Source: Ureibacillus sp.
GTDB taxonomy: Bacteria; Bacillota; Bacilli; Bacillales_A; Planococcaceae
Assembly: GCA_032083605.1 (NCBI GenBank)
Contig: DAMDNS010000001.1
Coordinates: 1-46,143 of the forward strand
Direction: 5' to 3'
Length of the DNA: 46,143 nt
The notes under the pieces were generated by a model. That model saw only the letters and a program-made list of their open reading frames with translations, searched no databases and was not told the origin of the DNA. This document shows positions 9,008-19,475 of the stretch, in pieces (within the stretch, counting starts at the first letter, position 1; each line of letters starts with the position of its first letter). Made by a program: the position numbers and the translations under genes.

Positions 9008-10214
9008 CTATTTCCAATCCATACCTGTACGTCTAATTTTAAAGTTTACTTTAACTTGTATATCCATTTCTTTAAAAATTCCATACCAATGTTCATCTGT
9101 CTTTACTTCATTATCCCAATATTTCGAATGATATGCTCTAAATCTTGCACCAACACCAAATATATCAGATTCTTTTTTCTGACTCTTTTTCACTAAATCA
9201 CTAAATACCTTATCCCCTAATTCATTTACTTTAGTTTCGATTTCCTCCAATTTTTTCTTCCCTAAATCATTTGCTTTAGTTTCTTCTTCTATAGTGGCTT
9301 CAATCCGCACATTAATTGTCGCAGTAGGCTGTCCATTTTTTACATCAACATTTATTTCAGCGTCCCTTTTTAATGATTCAACAAAATAGACACCACCATC
9401 ATCTGTGGAAACAGCAACAGTATATCCACCAGGATTCCTTTCCCTCATCGCCAAGTATGCACCGATTTCAATTGGTGTCAATTTGCCAACCATTTTATCA
9501 CCTTTAAAAAAGGCAAGATCTGTTAGCATGATCCGATCCTTTTCTATGACTTTTACAACTGGAAGCTTAGCATCCACCCCAATATCGGATAATTCCGTCC
9601 AAAAAACCCCTAAATATCCCTTCGACAGCTTTCCAAAACGCATGGCATTATCTAATTGTTAGGCTTAAATATAAAGCTGGAACAATTTCAATTGGAGGAG
9701 CCGTCTCAAGTACCTCAGATGCCTTTTCTTCAGTAATAACCATCCACGCAGTTCTTCTTACTTCATAATCCCGCCTTAAGAAGTCATTAATATCTGCTAT
9801 CCCATTCTCAGCTACCTCACTACTCACAATGACTATTTGAAGATGTCCTAAGTACATTCTTTCCGCCAGTTGTTGTTGTAAATTCAACATTGCGTCTTTC
9901 ATTGTATAACCTACTGTCTCTAAAACCCAAGATGTTTTATCTGCTCCGCTACCACTACCTCCTTCTGGTCCTAATTTAATCTTTCCAGGTACAGCTAATT
10001 GTGCAGTTATTTTATATAGCGTATCTTCACCGCCAGGAAATTCCCCTTTTAAATGGGAAACCTCAGGAATTGTAAAATCCTCTGTTGATTCATCAGCATA
10101 ATCTATTGCCAGCCCTAAAATAGTTGCACGCTCCTCTAATTCGTAACGATCCCAGCATCCGGTTAAAAATAGTAATGCCATTCCTAAAAGGAAAAATCGA
10201 AATACCATTTTCAT
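9008..10214 (-). pseudogene. Ger(x)C-family germination receptor lipoprotein, split by a +1 frameshift near 9656
   Basis: Lipobox LTGCWD in the 9648..10214 fragment; the C-terminal GerC domain (SDIFGVG) is in 9008..9643. Removing one A from CTAACAATTAGATAATGCCATG restores ...LSLTLDNAMRFGK. Confidence 0.8.
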
Positions 10215-11311
10215 CCTGCTTCCCCTTTTTTACGAAGAATTTTTGCAATCATTAGCAATATTATTGGATAAATAATGACAAGAATAATGTCAATGAATGC
10301 AGCACTTTTAATATAGTTATACAACTCATAAGTATCTTGAGGAATCATAGCAATACTAATAGCAATTGGCACACCGATAAACGATATCATGCGAAACTTT
10401 TTAGTCTGAAACATTTCAGCTACTCCTCGCACAAAAATAAAATAATAAGAAAGTAGTGTTGTAAAAACTGCAACTATCCAACCTACAAGGAATATCGCGT
10501 CCACTCTAGAAAGTATCTCGCTTGGACCATGAAGCATTCGTGCTAATACAAGAGTTGGCCAATACATATCACCAATTTTTATATCTCCAAAAACGGCTAT
10601 ACAGATTAAAACTGTACTAAATACAAAGCTACTACCAATTAAAAATCCCCACACACTACTTTTCACTACCGCTTTCACATTCTTCATATAGGGGATTACC
10701 ATAGATATGATGATAAAATTAGAAATCCCTTGAGTGATAATCTTTGCACCATTAAACCATTCCTTTCCTGTTACATTATGTCCAGTTATGGGAAATAAGT
10801 GGTACATCTCTGCATCTCCAAATGAAGGAGCGATGACGACAAATAACGGTATAACTAGAATTGGGAAATAAAAGAAATGGATATAGGTAAAACTGGACAC
10901 ATTACTAAAATTTATAGAAGCACAAACAATAATTATAAAGATAATGGATATATAGAATGGTGTATTAGGTAGTAATGCACCCACTAATACTTCCGAAAAT
11001 TGTCTTGCTTCTAAACCAAATATTAAAAGCGTTATGCTGATAAATAGTAGGTTGAAAATCGTTCCAACAAATTTGCCTAAAATCGTTTTATTATAGCTAA
11101 TTAACGTTTCTTTAGGGAATCGTTTACCCAATAATGCAAAGGCTAGTAGTCCCAAAAAAGAAACCCCAATACCAAATGCCGTTGCAAGTGGAGCAGCAAC
11201 CCCTACATAATCAGCTACCATTTTCGGCAATATTAACAACGAAATACCAAGCATTGTACTAATGATAATAACTGCTAATTGAATGGGGGAAATATAGTCG
11301 CTATGTCTCAT
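10211..11311 (-). CDS. GerAB/GerKB-family germination receptor membrane subunit
   Basis: ISPIQLAVIIISTMLGISLLILP, about 10 TM helices, RVDAIFL; lies between the A and C subunits. Confidence 0.88.
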   Translation of the reverse strand: MRHSDYISPIQLAVIIISTMLGISLLILPKMVADYVGVAAPLATAFGIGVSFLGLLAFALLGKRFPKETLISYNKTILGKFVGTIFNLLFISITLLIFGLEARQFSEVLVGALLPNTPFYISIIFIIIVCASINFSNVSSFTYIHFFYFPILVIPLFVVIAPSFGDAEMYHLFPITGHNVTGKEWFNGAKIITQGISNFIIISMVIPYMKNVKAVVKSSVWGFLIGSSFVFSTVLICIAVFGDIKIGDMYWPTLVLARMLHGPSEILSRVDAIFLVGWIVAVFTTLLSYYFIFVRGVAEMFQTKKFRMISFIGVPIAISIAMIPQDTYELYNYIKSAAFIDIILVIIYPIILLMIAKILRKKGEAG

Positions 11312-12911
11312 CCTCATCTCCACCATCCTCATTCAAGAAATTATAAGTCGTTTTTTCCTTTACCCTTTTTCCCACCCTCTTCTTATCTTTTGGATTAATA
11401 CTTGGTGGTCTCTCTTTTAACCAAGCAAAAGGTGAGCGTATTACTGAATCTCTCATCCCCTTAGCACTTCCTGGAGAAAACGGAACCATGTACGGTACTC
11501 CAAAAGAACGTAAACAAAGCATATGGTTGAGTATAATAATAAGTCCCAAAACTAACCCTAATAGTCCCAAAATACCCGCTAAAATAATTAATACAAAACG
11601 AAGCATTCGAAATGCTGTTGCGGCATTGTAGGAAGGCGTTGCAAACGAACCAATCGTTGACATCGCTATTATTACCACTGTAATGGGACTTACAAAACCA
11701 GCTTGTACAGCTGCTTGTCCAACTACTAACACACCAACTATGGATAAGGCACCACCTACCTGTTGCGGCATTCGGACAGTCGCTTCTCGTAAAATTTCCA
11801 TTGCCATCTCCATGACTAAAACTTCAATAAATACAGGAAATGGTACCCCATGCCTACCACTGGATGCTGCCACAACAAATTTTCCAGGTATTAACTCTGG
11901 ATGGAATGAAAGGACCGTCACATAAAACGATGAAAAAGTCAATGAAAAAATAAGCGCAAGAATCCTGATTGTCCGAATAACCGAGGAGATTATCCACCGA
12001 TCATTGTAGTCTTCACTTGTCTGATAAAATTGATTAAATGTGGCAGGGGCTATTAATGCAAAAGGGCTTCCCTCCACCAAAATAGCTACTCTACCTTCTA
12101 ATATATTTCCTATTACTTTATCAGGTCTCTCTGTGTTTTGAATTTGAGGAAAAGGAGACCAAGGCGTATCTTGTATAAACTGTTCAACATATCCTGCATC
12201 CAAAATACCATCCATATTGATGGCATCAATCCGTTCCTTTACTTCTTGAACCAATGTTTCGTTTGCAATATCTTCCATATAGCAAACCGCTACTTTTGAT
12301 CTTGTTCTTGTCCCCACTTCCGTCGATTCAATCCGAAATTCTGGAACAGGGAGTCTGTACCTAAGTAACGCTACATTTGTTCCCAGTTGTTCAATAAATC
12401 CATCTCTAGCTCCACGAACTACTCGCTCTGTTTCAGGCTGCTCTATAGCGCGTTTTTCAGGTTTCTTTGCATCCAATTCTAGAGCTTCACTGTATCCGTT
12501 AACTAATATTATCGCTTTTCCTAATGTTAGTGATTGTATTAAAGGCGAAACATCTGCAACTATCTTCACATCCGAATAATAAAGAACACTATTTAAAATA
12601 TAGTCAATTTCATGTATCGATTGATCAATAGGAAGTTTACTGTCTTGCAGGGGTTTTACAATATCTCTTTCAATCTCCTCTTTTCCAACCAATGATTTTA
12701 GACATAGAAGAGCTGCAGGACGGGAACCAAAAAGAGAGAATCGTCGAACAAGAAAATCAATATCATTTTTAAAGATTCGATTAAATTCCTCAATATTCTC
12801 TTCTATGTTTAATGCTATCTTCTTGTTTTCTTTGTCCTTTAAAATTTCGCTTACCGGCATTGTAACTTTTGGCTGCTTGCTTTTCGTTCTTTTTTTATAG
12901 AACGGTGACAT
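11301..12911 (-). CDS. GerA/GerKA-family spore germination receptor A subunit
   Basis: E.VVRGARDGFIE, SPFPQIQNTERPD, EILREATVRMP, IVGVLVVGQAAVQAG, SFGVPY. Confidence 0.95.
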   Translation of the reverse strand: MSPFYKKRTKSKQPKVTMPVSEILKDKENKKIALNIEENIEEFNRIFKNDIDFLVRRFSLFGSRPAALLCLKSLVGKEEIERDIVKPLQDSKLPIDQSIHEIDYILNSVLYYSDVKIVADVSPLIQSLTLGKAIILVNGYSEALELDAKKPEKRAIEQPETERVVRGARDGFIEQLGTNVALLRYRLPVPEFRIESTEVGTRTRSKVAVCYMEDIANETLVQEVKERIDAINMDGILDAGYVEQFIQDTPWSPFPQIQNTERPDKVIGNILEGRVAILVEGSPFALIAPATFNQFYQTSEDYNDRWIISSVIRTIRILALIFSLTFSSFYVTVLSFHPELIPGKFVVAASSGRHGVPFPVFIEVLVMEMAMEILREATVRMPQQVGGALSIVGVLVVGQAAVQAGFVSPITVVIIAMSTIGSFATPSYNAATAFRMLRFVLIILAGILGLLGLVLGLIIILNHMLCLRSFGVPYMVPFSPGSAKGMRDSVIRSPFAWLKERPPSINPKDKKRVGKRVKEKTTYNFLNEDGGDEDET

Positions 12912-12951
12912 CTGATCACCTTCTTCCTACTAATTTAGGCAATGGTAAAGT

Positions 12952-12980
12952 TATTATGTGATGCTCAAGAATTGCCATAC
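12952..12980 (-). promoter_or_regulatory. SigG-type promoter of the ger operon
   Basis: GTATG-N17-CATAATA. Confidence 0.6.
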
Positions 12981-12997
12981 ATAATTTTTTCATTCAT

Positions 12998-13037
12998 AAA
13001 AAGCCCTAAAGGAATCAAAATTGAATCCTTTAGGGCT
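12998..13037 (-). terminator. vmlR terminator
   Basis: AGCCCTAAAGGA...TCCTTTAGGGCT plus U-tract. Confidence 0.8.
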
Positions 13038-13043
13038 CACTTA

Positions 13044-14684
13044 TTATAAATTTTTCTTTATTTGATTAATTTCCTTGGTCAATTCATTAAACTTTGTATC
13101 CAGCTCTGAATATTGAGGGTCTTTTGCAGTCATGAAGCTAAGCTTGCCAAGCACTTCCTGTCTTTCCGTTTCGAGCTTCAAAAGCCGTTCTTTTTGCGTA
13201 TCTATTTGAGCCGGCATCTCTTTTAAGTATTTAGTGATTGTTCCTTTTTTAATCTCTAACGTACTACTCGTTGTTTTTTCGAGGAAGTAGCGGTCATGCG
13301 ATACAATCAACAAAGTCCCAGTATATTTTGATAGCGTTTCTTCAAGCTGTTCCCGGGAAGGTAGATCTAGGTGATTCGTTGGTTCGTCTAAAATCAGGAC
13401 ATCCTTTTCTTCCAATATATAAACCATCAGCTTACACTTCACTCTTTCTCCCATACTCATATTTTGAATAGGTTCCTTCCAGGCTGCCATCCCGAATCCT
13501 AAGTGTTTCATAAGATTCTGTACCTTTCCTCTTTCTTCAAAGGTATCTCGATAAAACAACTCTTCAGGGGTTTTGGCTAAAGGTAAATCAAACACTTCTT
13601 GGGTTAAATAGCCGATATTCGCTGAAGGAGATATCCAAACGTCACCCCCGGCTTTTATTTCACCCATTAAAATCTTTAAAAGTGTCGTTTTTCCACTTCC
13701 ATTGGGTCCGACTAAAGCTACCTTTTCACCGTGCTGGATGGTAAAGCTCACTTTTTCAAATAATGAGCGATTGTTTAAGGATTTTTGCAGGTCCTTTACC
13801 TCCAAAAATCGTTTTCCACGTTTTGCATTAGCCTTTAAAGTAAACTGCACCTCGTATTCAGGCTTTACTTGTTCTACCTTTGAATGCTCTAATTCTTTTT
13901 CGAGGCGTTTTCTTTTGGATTTAATTTGGGCATCTGTTCGCTTTGCCTTTACTCGATGAAATTCTTTAAACCCCTCCTGCTTAGTCGAATCGGCATGTGC
14001 TTTTTGGGACCAGGCAGTGAGCTCGCTTAATTGGCTTTCAATTGTTTGAATCATCTGCTGCTGTTTCTCATACTCACGCTGCTGCGTCAGCCTTCGACGC
14101 TCCCGTTCTTTCATATAGCTTGTATAGTGTCCTTTATGCTCAATTAGCTGCCTTTCCTCCAGTGACCAAATTTTTGTTACGACTTGATCCAAAAAGTACC
14201 TGTCATGAGATACGAGAATTATCGTCCCTTTGTAATTTTTTATATAATCCATCAAAACCTTTGTAGATTGCTCATCGAGATGATTAGTTGGTTCATCCAG
14301 TAGCAGAAGCTGTGCATTTCGAGAGAATCCCTTTGCCAGTCTTGCTTTTAGCCGCTCCCCACCACTTAATTCACTATAACAGTTTGAAGGCACCATCCAC
14401 TTTGCTAAAATACTCGCTTCTTCTGTCTCAAGCAGTTCAGCTGAAAAATCTTCTGTTTCCTGTTCTACCATTTCAATCGTTACATGTTGTTGTAGCCAGT
14501 TTAATCTTCCCTGTGATAATGGGAGATCCCCTGAAATCATTCGAAGCAAGGTAGACTTCCCTGCCCCGTTCTTGCCGATAATTCCGATAACATCCCCACT
14601 ATGCACCGTTCCATTTACATTTTCAAAAATCGTGTTATCAATAATTTCATATTTGAGGTCTTGCAATTTTAATAGTTCTTGCAT
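13044..14684 (-). CDS. vmlR: ARE ABC-F ribosomal protection protein VmlR
   Basis: Two ABC ATPase domains and no TM segments. The linker TQQREYEKQQ...WSQKAHADSTKQEGFKEFHRVKAKRTDAQIKSK closely matches B. subtilis VmlR as recalled. Start MQELLK at 14684. Confidence 0.9.
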   Translation of the reverse strand: MQELLKLQDLKYEIIDNTIFENVNGTVHSGDVIGIIGKNGAGKSTLLRMISGDLPLSQGRLNWLQQHVTIEMVEQETEDFSAELLETEEASILAKWMVPSNCYSELSGGERLKARLAKGFSRNAQLLLLDEPTNHLDEQSTKVLMDYIKNYKGTIILVSHDRYFLDQVVTKIWSLEERQLIEHKGHYTSYMKERERRRLTQQREYEKQQQMIQTIESQLSELTAWSQKAHADSTKQEGFKEFHRVKAKRTDAQIKSKRKRLEKELEHSKVEQVKPEYEVQFTLKANAKRGKRFLEVKDLQKSLNNRSLFEKVSFTIQHGEKVALVGPNGSGKTTLLKILMGEIKAGGDVWISPSANIGYLTQEVFDLPLAKTPEELFYRDTFEERGKVQNLMKHLGFGMAAWKEPIQNMSMGERVKCKLMVYILEEKDVLILDEPTNHLDLPSREQLEETLSKYTGTLLIVSHDRYFLEKTTSSTLEIKKGTITKYLKEMPAQIDTQKERLLKLETERQEVLGKLSFMTAKDPQYSELDTKFNELTKEINQIKKNL

Positions 14685-14729
14685 AAATAGTCGCATCCCT
14701 TCTTTTAAAGAGGAGGATTTTGCATGTTG

Positions 14730-14990
14730 AAAAAAATAAAAATCCTCCCAAATCATCTTGGAAGGATTAGTCTCATTTTTAACAGTCAGAAAAGTTTAGA
14801 GCTTTCCTGGACTTCATAAGTTACAACTTAGATATTGCTAAAATATATCTAGTCGACACAGTTTTTAGCAATATTAAATAAGCTATATATTATAGCAATT
14901 GAACGCTTATGGAAAAATGGGCAGACTAATCCTATTTTTAATTTCTTGAATTTTTAATTTCAAAAATAAAAATAAGATTATAAAATCATC
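14730..14990 (-). promoter_or_regulatory. vmlR ribosome-dependent transcription attenuator with uORF MIL* (14978..14989)
   Basis: uORF ATG ATT TTA TAA. An anti-antiterminator TAATCTTATTTTTA/TAAAAATAGGATTA is present. Antiterminator AGGATTAGTC (14924-14933) is complementary to GACTAATCCT (14763-14772), the 5' arm of terminator AATCCTTCCAAGA..TTTGGGAGGATT plus U-tract. Confidence 0.8.
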
Positions 14991-15061
14991 GGCCACCCAT
15001 CTTCCCTTCTCTTCATTTGACATGAATTATATCATAAGTGGAAGCTTTGTGAAAAACCAAT

Positions 15062-15508
15062 TCACTCATTATTTATAATGAGCATTTCATTTTCATCAAA
15101 TTCCCACATCTCACCGTAGGCTACCTCCCAATAGTAGCCATTTGGATCCTGGAAATACCCGCTATATCCACCCCAAAAGACAGTTTCTGGTTGTTTTGCG
15201 ACTTTAGCCCCCGCTTTTTCAGCCAATGCAAAGACTTCATCTACCTCCTGCTTTGACTTTCCATTATAGGCTAATGTGATTCCACCAAACCCCGTTCCAA
15301 TTTCAGGCGGTTGCTGCTCATTAATATCCTTGGCTAATCGGTCAATAGGGAATAAGGAAATTTTTGTCCCGTTATTATTAAAGAAAATGACATCTGGATT
15401 TGACTCCTCGCCGTATACCACTACATCAAAACCAAGCCCCTCTCTATAAAAATGAAGCGACTCTTTCATATCCTTTACACCTAAGGTCAGTAAATTTAAA
15501 CGATTCAT
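15062..15508 (-). CDS. VOC/glyoxalase-family protein
   Basis: LTLGVKDM..SL.FY..GLG; FWGGYSGYFQDPNGYYWEVA. Confidence 0.9.
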   Translation of the reverse strand: MNRLNLLTLGVKDMKESLHFYREGLGFDVVVYGEESNPDVIFFNNNGTKISLFPIDRLAKDINEQQPPEIGTGFGGITLAYNGKSKQEVDEVFALAEKAGAKVAKQPETVFWGGYSGYFQDPNGYYWEVAYGEMWEFDENEMLIINNE

Positions 15509-15936
15509 CCTTCTCCTCCTATTTGTTCAGAATATTGTTCTTTATACTTGGCGCTTAACTCGCTCCAAACATCAAATTTGTTTCCGTCTAAATCTTGAAA
15601 AATGAAGTTTCGCCCAGCATGCCCTCGATTCTCGATTCCCCCTACCAGCACTTGTTTACTGCTAAATTCATCGTGAAGCTGGCGGAGTACTTCCAAACCA
15701 TCTACTTCAAAGGTTACCGAAAAACGCTCTTCCCCATTGCTATCAATAAAATTTGCACTCTCGTCAGGTGGAGATTGAACAAGAAAAAAACTTTGGTCTG
15801 CAAAATTCAGAATAGCTTTAGAGTTATCAATATACGAAATATCTGCGCCCAACTTTTCTTCATACCACTTGGCAGCTATATCAACCTCCCGAACTGGTAT
15901 GTAGATTGTGCCCACCCTTACAAGCTTTGCATTCAT
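15505..15936 (-). CDS. VOC/glyoxalase-family protein
   Basis: IYIPVREVDIAAKWYEEKLG; FIFQDLDGNKFDVW. Start taken at MNAKL. Confidence 0.85.
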   Translation of the reverse strand: MNAKLVRVGTIYIPVREVDIAAKWYEEKLGADISYIDNSKAILNFADQSFFLVQSPPDESANFIDSNGEERFSVTFEVDGLEVLRQLHDEFSSKQVLVGGIENRGHAGRNFIFQDLDGNKFDVWSELSAKYKEQYSEQIGGEG

Positions 15937-16000
15937 CTTTTTCCTCCTCATAAAGAAACCTCATTTTGATGGATAGTATTTTCAAAATGAGGCTGGTTTC

Positions 16001-16519
16001 TTATGTAGTCCTTTTTGCTAAAGCATTTTGAATATGTGCAAGATGATGGTTTACATGCCATACACTAAAAGCAAGTGTAGAGTCAACCGTTTGTGTACCT
16101 GTATCGGGATGTGTAAATTTCCGTTCCAATTGTTCCTTTGTCAGCTGTCCCATTAAATATGCTAACCGCGCATGTAACCCTTCTATCATTTGCAATGAAG
16201 AAGTCGTTGGTAAATTAGAGTCTACAAGACTTGCCCATCCATTTTCCTCAAATGGCTTAATTGTTGGATTCTCTTCTGTCAAAGCCAATTTAATGCGGGT
16301 ATAAACATTTACTTGTGCGTCGGCTATATGATGAACAAGTTCCTTAATAGTCCATGCACCTTTTCTATAAGTAAGATTCATTTCTTCTTCACTTAAAGAA
16401 CCTGTTAGTCTACTTAGCTCTTTCGGATAATCGTCTATATTTTGAATCCATTCTTTTACTAAATCTTCTGTGAGAATTTCAGGTTTTTCAAATTTGCCAA
16501 TTGGATATCTTTCATCCAT
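16001..16519 (-). CDS. YfiT/BstA-family bacillithiol transferase (DinB superfamily), paralog 1
   Basis: RYPIG, YRKGAWTIKELVHHIADA, KLALTEENPTIKPFEE..WA, WHVNHHLAHI. Confidence 0.88.
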   Translation of the reverse strand: MDERYPIGKFEKPEILTEDLVKEWIQNIDDYPKELSRLTGSLSEEEMNLTYRKGAWTIKELVHHIADAQVNVYTRIKLALTEENPTIKPFEENGWASLVDSNLPTTSSLQMIEGLHARLAYLMGQLTKEQLERKFTHPDTGTQTVDSTLAFSVWHVNHHLAHIQNALAKRTT

Positions 16520-16547
16520 GAGACTTCCCCCCTATATAAGATTGCAT

Positions 16548-17048
16548 TTATTTCGAGCTTATAGACTCTCCTTGCGATTCCTCCAAGACTTCCTCAATTT
16601 GCTTGAAATGATGGTGATCATGCTCAACCACTCCCTTTAAATAGTCCGTTAGCTTTAAAGATGTGTCGCCAATTCTAAGAGGAGTTTCCCATAATTCATC
16701 CGCAACATTGTTAATGCCTATGATTAAGCTTCTTCTTGCTGCAATAAATGCTGAAATGACTTCTTCTTTTGTTTTGGCTTTGCTAACTTTCGATGATTGG
16801 TGATTTAACTCATCTACGTCCGGACCTTTCGGGAGAGCGACACTGTTAAACAAGTAGGGAAGGCGTTCTTCTAAAACAAATTGATCCCAGGCAGGAAAAT
16901 GTCCTATTACCTCCGCAATTGTCCATTTCCCTTTGGCTATAGGCGTCTTCCACTGAGACTCTGTTAATTTCTCCAAATTCTTTACCCACTCGACAGAATT
17001 CTCTAAATGCATTAAGATTTCTTCCTTATTTTGATGCAAGAAATTCAT
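16548..17048 (-). CDS. DinB-family protein
   Basis: KWTIAEVIGH...WD and EHDHHHFKQI His triad. Confidence 0.85.
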   Translation of the reverse strand: MNFLHQNKEEILMHLENSVEWVKNLEKLTESQWKTPIAKGKWTIAEVIGHFPAWDQFVLEERLPYLFNSVALPKGPDVDELNHQSSKVSKAKTKEEVISAFIAARRSLIIGINNVADELWETPLRIGDTSLKLTDYLKGVVEHDHHHFKQIEEVLEESQGESISSK

Positions 17049-17202
17049 CTCCTAATAGGTTTTCTTATATCTTTAATGTTCGATATGCACGAACAAAAAT
17101 CCTTCATCAATCGACTTTTCTTTAAAGAATAATGTCATAATTTTGCAGTTACTTAGGGAATCGAGCTCCGTTACCTCTCCCAAACAAAAAAACCGAAATC
17201 CA

Positions 17203-18459
17203 CTAGTGACTTCGGCTTCTTGCGATTTGTTCGAGTATGATTTTGCTTTTAGGAATGCTTGGGATGTCATCAATTTCAAAACCCAAATCCTGCTCGGGTA
17301 CTGTAAATTCCATTCGGTTGACTAAGTAATCCAGACTGATCTTCATGACATCTAGCGTGATTTGTTCACCCGCACAGCGATGACCAAGATAGTAATCCCC
17401 TCCACCCTGTGGAATGAAACCAAATGGACTTCCTTGCCAATGCGTAAAGCGCTCTGGATTAAACTTATGAGGATCCTCCCATTTTACCGGATCATGGTTT
17501 GTTCCGTACAAATCCAACAACGTTAACGTTCCTTCTTTAAACTCATATCCATTCCATGTGAAATCGGATCTTACTTTTGCTGCAACAAATGGGAAGAAAG
17601 GATAGAACCTTCTCACTTCCTGGACGAACAATTTAGAGTAGTCATTAAATGATCGAAGTTTTTCTTTTTCCTCCGGGAATTCAATCAGCGCCAAAAGCGA
17701 AAAGTTAATATAGATTGAGATGGCAACAATTGGCCTTAGCATGTTAAGAACTTCCACAGCCACTGTTTCAATATCCAACAAATCACCTTTAGCATCTTTA
17801 TGGAACGCAAACCGATGTAGGACTGTATTTTGCGAAAACTTTATTTTGCCCTCGCGTGTATCCTGCACCAACTCTTGAATCATCTTTTCTGCTTGGTTTC
17901 TAAAGGTTCTGCCTGCCCAATGGTTTGGACCAATGGCTGCAGCAGATTCAAACATCGAAGCTAGCTCTTTTGTCATCTTCTGAGCGTCTCTTTCATGCAA
18001 AGGATACCCAATCCACTTAAACGCCACATTACATAGCATCTCTTTTACTTCTTCGTAAAAGACAATGCTTTCCATTTTGCTCCACTTATCGAGAGCTTGC
18101 TCCCATTGCATTTGTGTTAGCTCAAATAAATGATTTAAATGCTCCTCCGACATAACCGACATAAGCATTTCTTTTCTTTTGCGATGGTCTTCATCGTCCA
18201 AGGTTTGAACGCTATTCTTTCCAAACAATGTTTGGACAATTCGATTGGGCGCTGCATCCTTCCTTTGAAACTTTTGTGGATCATAAAAAATGGCTGCTGC
18301 TTCCTCCCCAATCATGCAAATAGCTTTTCGCCCTAAAAGACGCGTTTCAAAAACATTAGATTGAAACTTCTCACTCCGATTCAAAATAAAGTGATAGCCT
18401 TCTTTTAACAGGCCGATACTATGATCGATCCCTTGATCTTTTGGCATTTGATTTTCCAA
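17203..18459 (-). CDS. cypC: Cytochrome P450, CYP152 fatty-acid peroxygenase family (CypC-like)
   Basis: I-helix NMLRPIVAIS (Arg-Pro), QEVRRFYPFFP, IPQGGG, heme ligand GHRCAGE. Probable TTG start at 18459 behind GAGGTG. Confidence 0.88.
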   Translation of the reverse strand: MENQMPKDQGIDHSIGLLKEGYHFILNRSEKFQSNVFETRLLGRKAICMIGEEAAAIFYDPQKFQRKDAAPNRIVQTLFGKNSVQTLDDEDHRKRKEMLMSVMSEEHLNHLFELTQMQWEQALDKWSKMESIVFYEEVKEMLCNVAFKWIGYPLHERDAQKMTKELASMFESAAAIGPNHWAGRTFRNQAEKMIQELVQDTREGKIKFSQNTVLHRFAFHKDAKGDLLDIETVAVEVLNMLRPIVAISIYINFSLLALIEFPEEKEKLRSFNDYSKLFVQEVRRFYPFFPFVAAKVRSDFTWNGYEFKEGTLTLLDLYGTNHDPVKWEDPHKFNPERFTHWQGSPFGFIPQGGGDYYLGHRCAGEQITLDVMKISLDYLVNRMEFTVPEQDLGFEIDDIPSIPKSKIILEQIARSRSH

Positions 18460-18518
18460 TAGGTTCACCTCATTCTCGTTCACTCTTTTTAGTCTTTCTT
18501 AAGCTTTGTTGTTTATAC

Positions 18519-18543
18519 TTACCCTTATGAGAATGTAAAAAAC
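18519..18543 (-). promoter_or_regulatory. SigB-type promoter of the P450 gene
   Basis: GTTTTT-N13-GGGTAA. Confidence 0.6.
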
Positions 18544-18587
18544 ACCAAAATGCTTTGTATAACATTTTAGTGTTAATCGATTTTTGA

Positions 18588-19148
18588 TTAATAAATAACG
18601 GGATAAACCTCATTGGAAGTTTCACTTTCAAGCAAGTCAGCCAATTGTCCTTCAAACTCTAAGTGCAGGTTCTTCAAATTTTGCAGATCATTTGGCGACA
18701 CTAATGAATTTGGCTTTTGAAATTTCCCAACACCGCCTTCAATTAGAACCTGCGCTACAAACTCAGAGCAAAAATAGGCTCTTTCTCTTTGATATGGTTT
18801 ATTTATAATAAAAGTAATCAGCCCCAAGAGGTTATAACGATAGAGATGCTTTTCCATCTCAATTTGGCTAATAAATTTTTTCATTTTTTCAATTTGCTGA
18901 TCCGGCGCTTCGAAACTATAAATGGCACATCTGGCATTTTTAAATAACCCTTGTCTTACATCCTCATTTACAAATCCACCTACAAAAGGATTTTTTGGTC
19001 TTTTTCTTCCAAAACTATAGACTTCATTAAAATATTCATCAAATACAATCGATGCATGATTATAAGGCTTTCTTGTATAAAGCTTGATCATTCGTGTAAA
19101 TATCGTGCCTGTATCAGTCAGTAATAAGTAAACCTTCTTACTTTCCAT
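18588..19148 (-). CDS. Conserved hypothetical protein, probable permuted papain-like (NlpC/P60 superfamily) enzyme
   Basis: His before Cys: YNHASI...YRYNLLG...YFCSEFVA. Start MESKK behind AAGGGG. Confidence 0.65.
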   Translation of the reverse strand: MESKKVYLLLTDTGTIFTRMIKLYTRKPYNHASIVFDEYFNEVYSFGRKRPKNPFVGGFVNEDVRQGLFKNARCAIYSFEAPDQQIEKMKKFISQIEMEKHLYRYNLLGLITFIINKPYQRERAYFCSEFVAQVLIEGGVGKFQKPNSLVSPNDLQNLKNLHLEFEGQLADLLESETSNEVYPVIY

Positions 19149-19420
19149 CCTATTACCCCTTCGTTGATATCTTACTACTAATAATAGAATATCTCCTATC
19201 ACCTGTTAACCGACTGAGGGAATATTTCAGTATCAGACCTAAGACGTAGTTCCAATGTTTTTTCCCTTGTCTTACTATAAATTTGCTCCTATATAACGGC
19301 ATAAAAAATAGACTTTTGCATATTTGTTTTTATGCTATAGAAGCTAATATTAGAACCAGTTTTTTGCATTAAGATGCACTTATTGCTTCACCTGCAGCAT
19401 CCGATATTGAGTAAACAAAA

Positions 19421-19448
19421 TAAAACCCGGAGAAATAAGTCTCCGGGC
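19421..19448 (-). terminator. Terminator of the BCCT gene
   Basis: CCCGGAGA-aataag-TCTCCGGG plus U-tract. Confidence 0.75.
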
Positions 19449-19475
19449 CTGGAATTCATTTATACTGACATGCCA

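Noticed and set aside
17203..18459. P450 as an OleT-like alkene-forming decarboxylase
   Set aside because: The position corresponding to OleT His85 appears to be Gln (NSVQTLD), as in hydroxylating P450BSbeta-type enzymes, so an ordinary CypC is more likely.
19234..19249. TCAGACCTAAGACGTA as a LiaR/NarL-type operator upstream of the permuted papain-like gene
   Set aside because: It fits only a very degenerate consensus and is a single copy; insufficient support.
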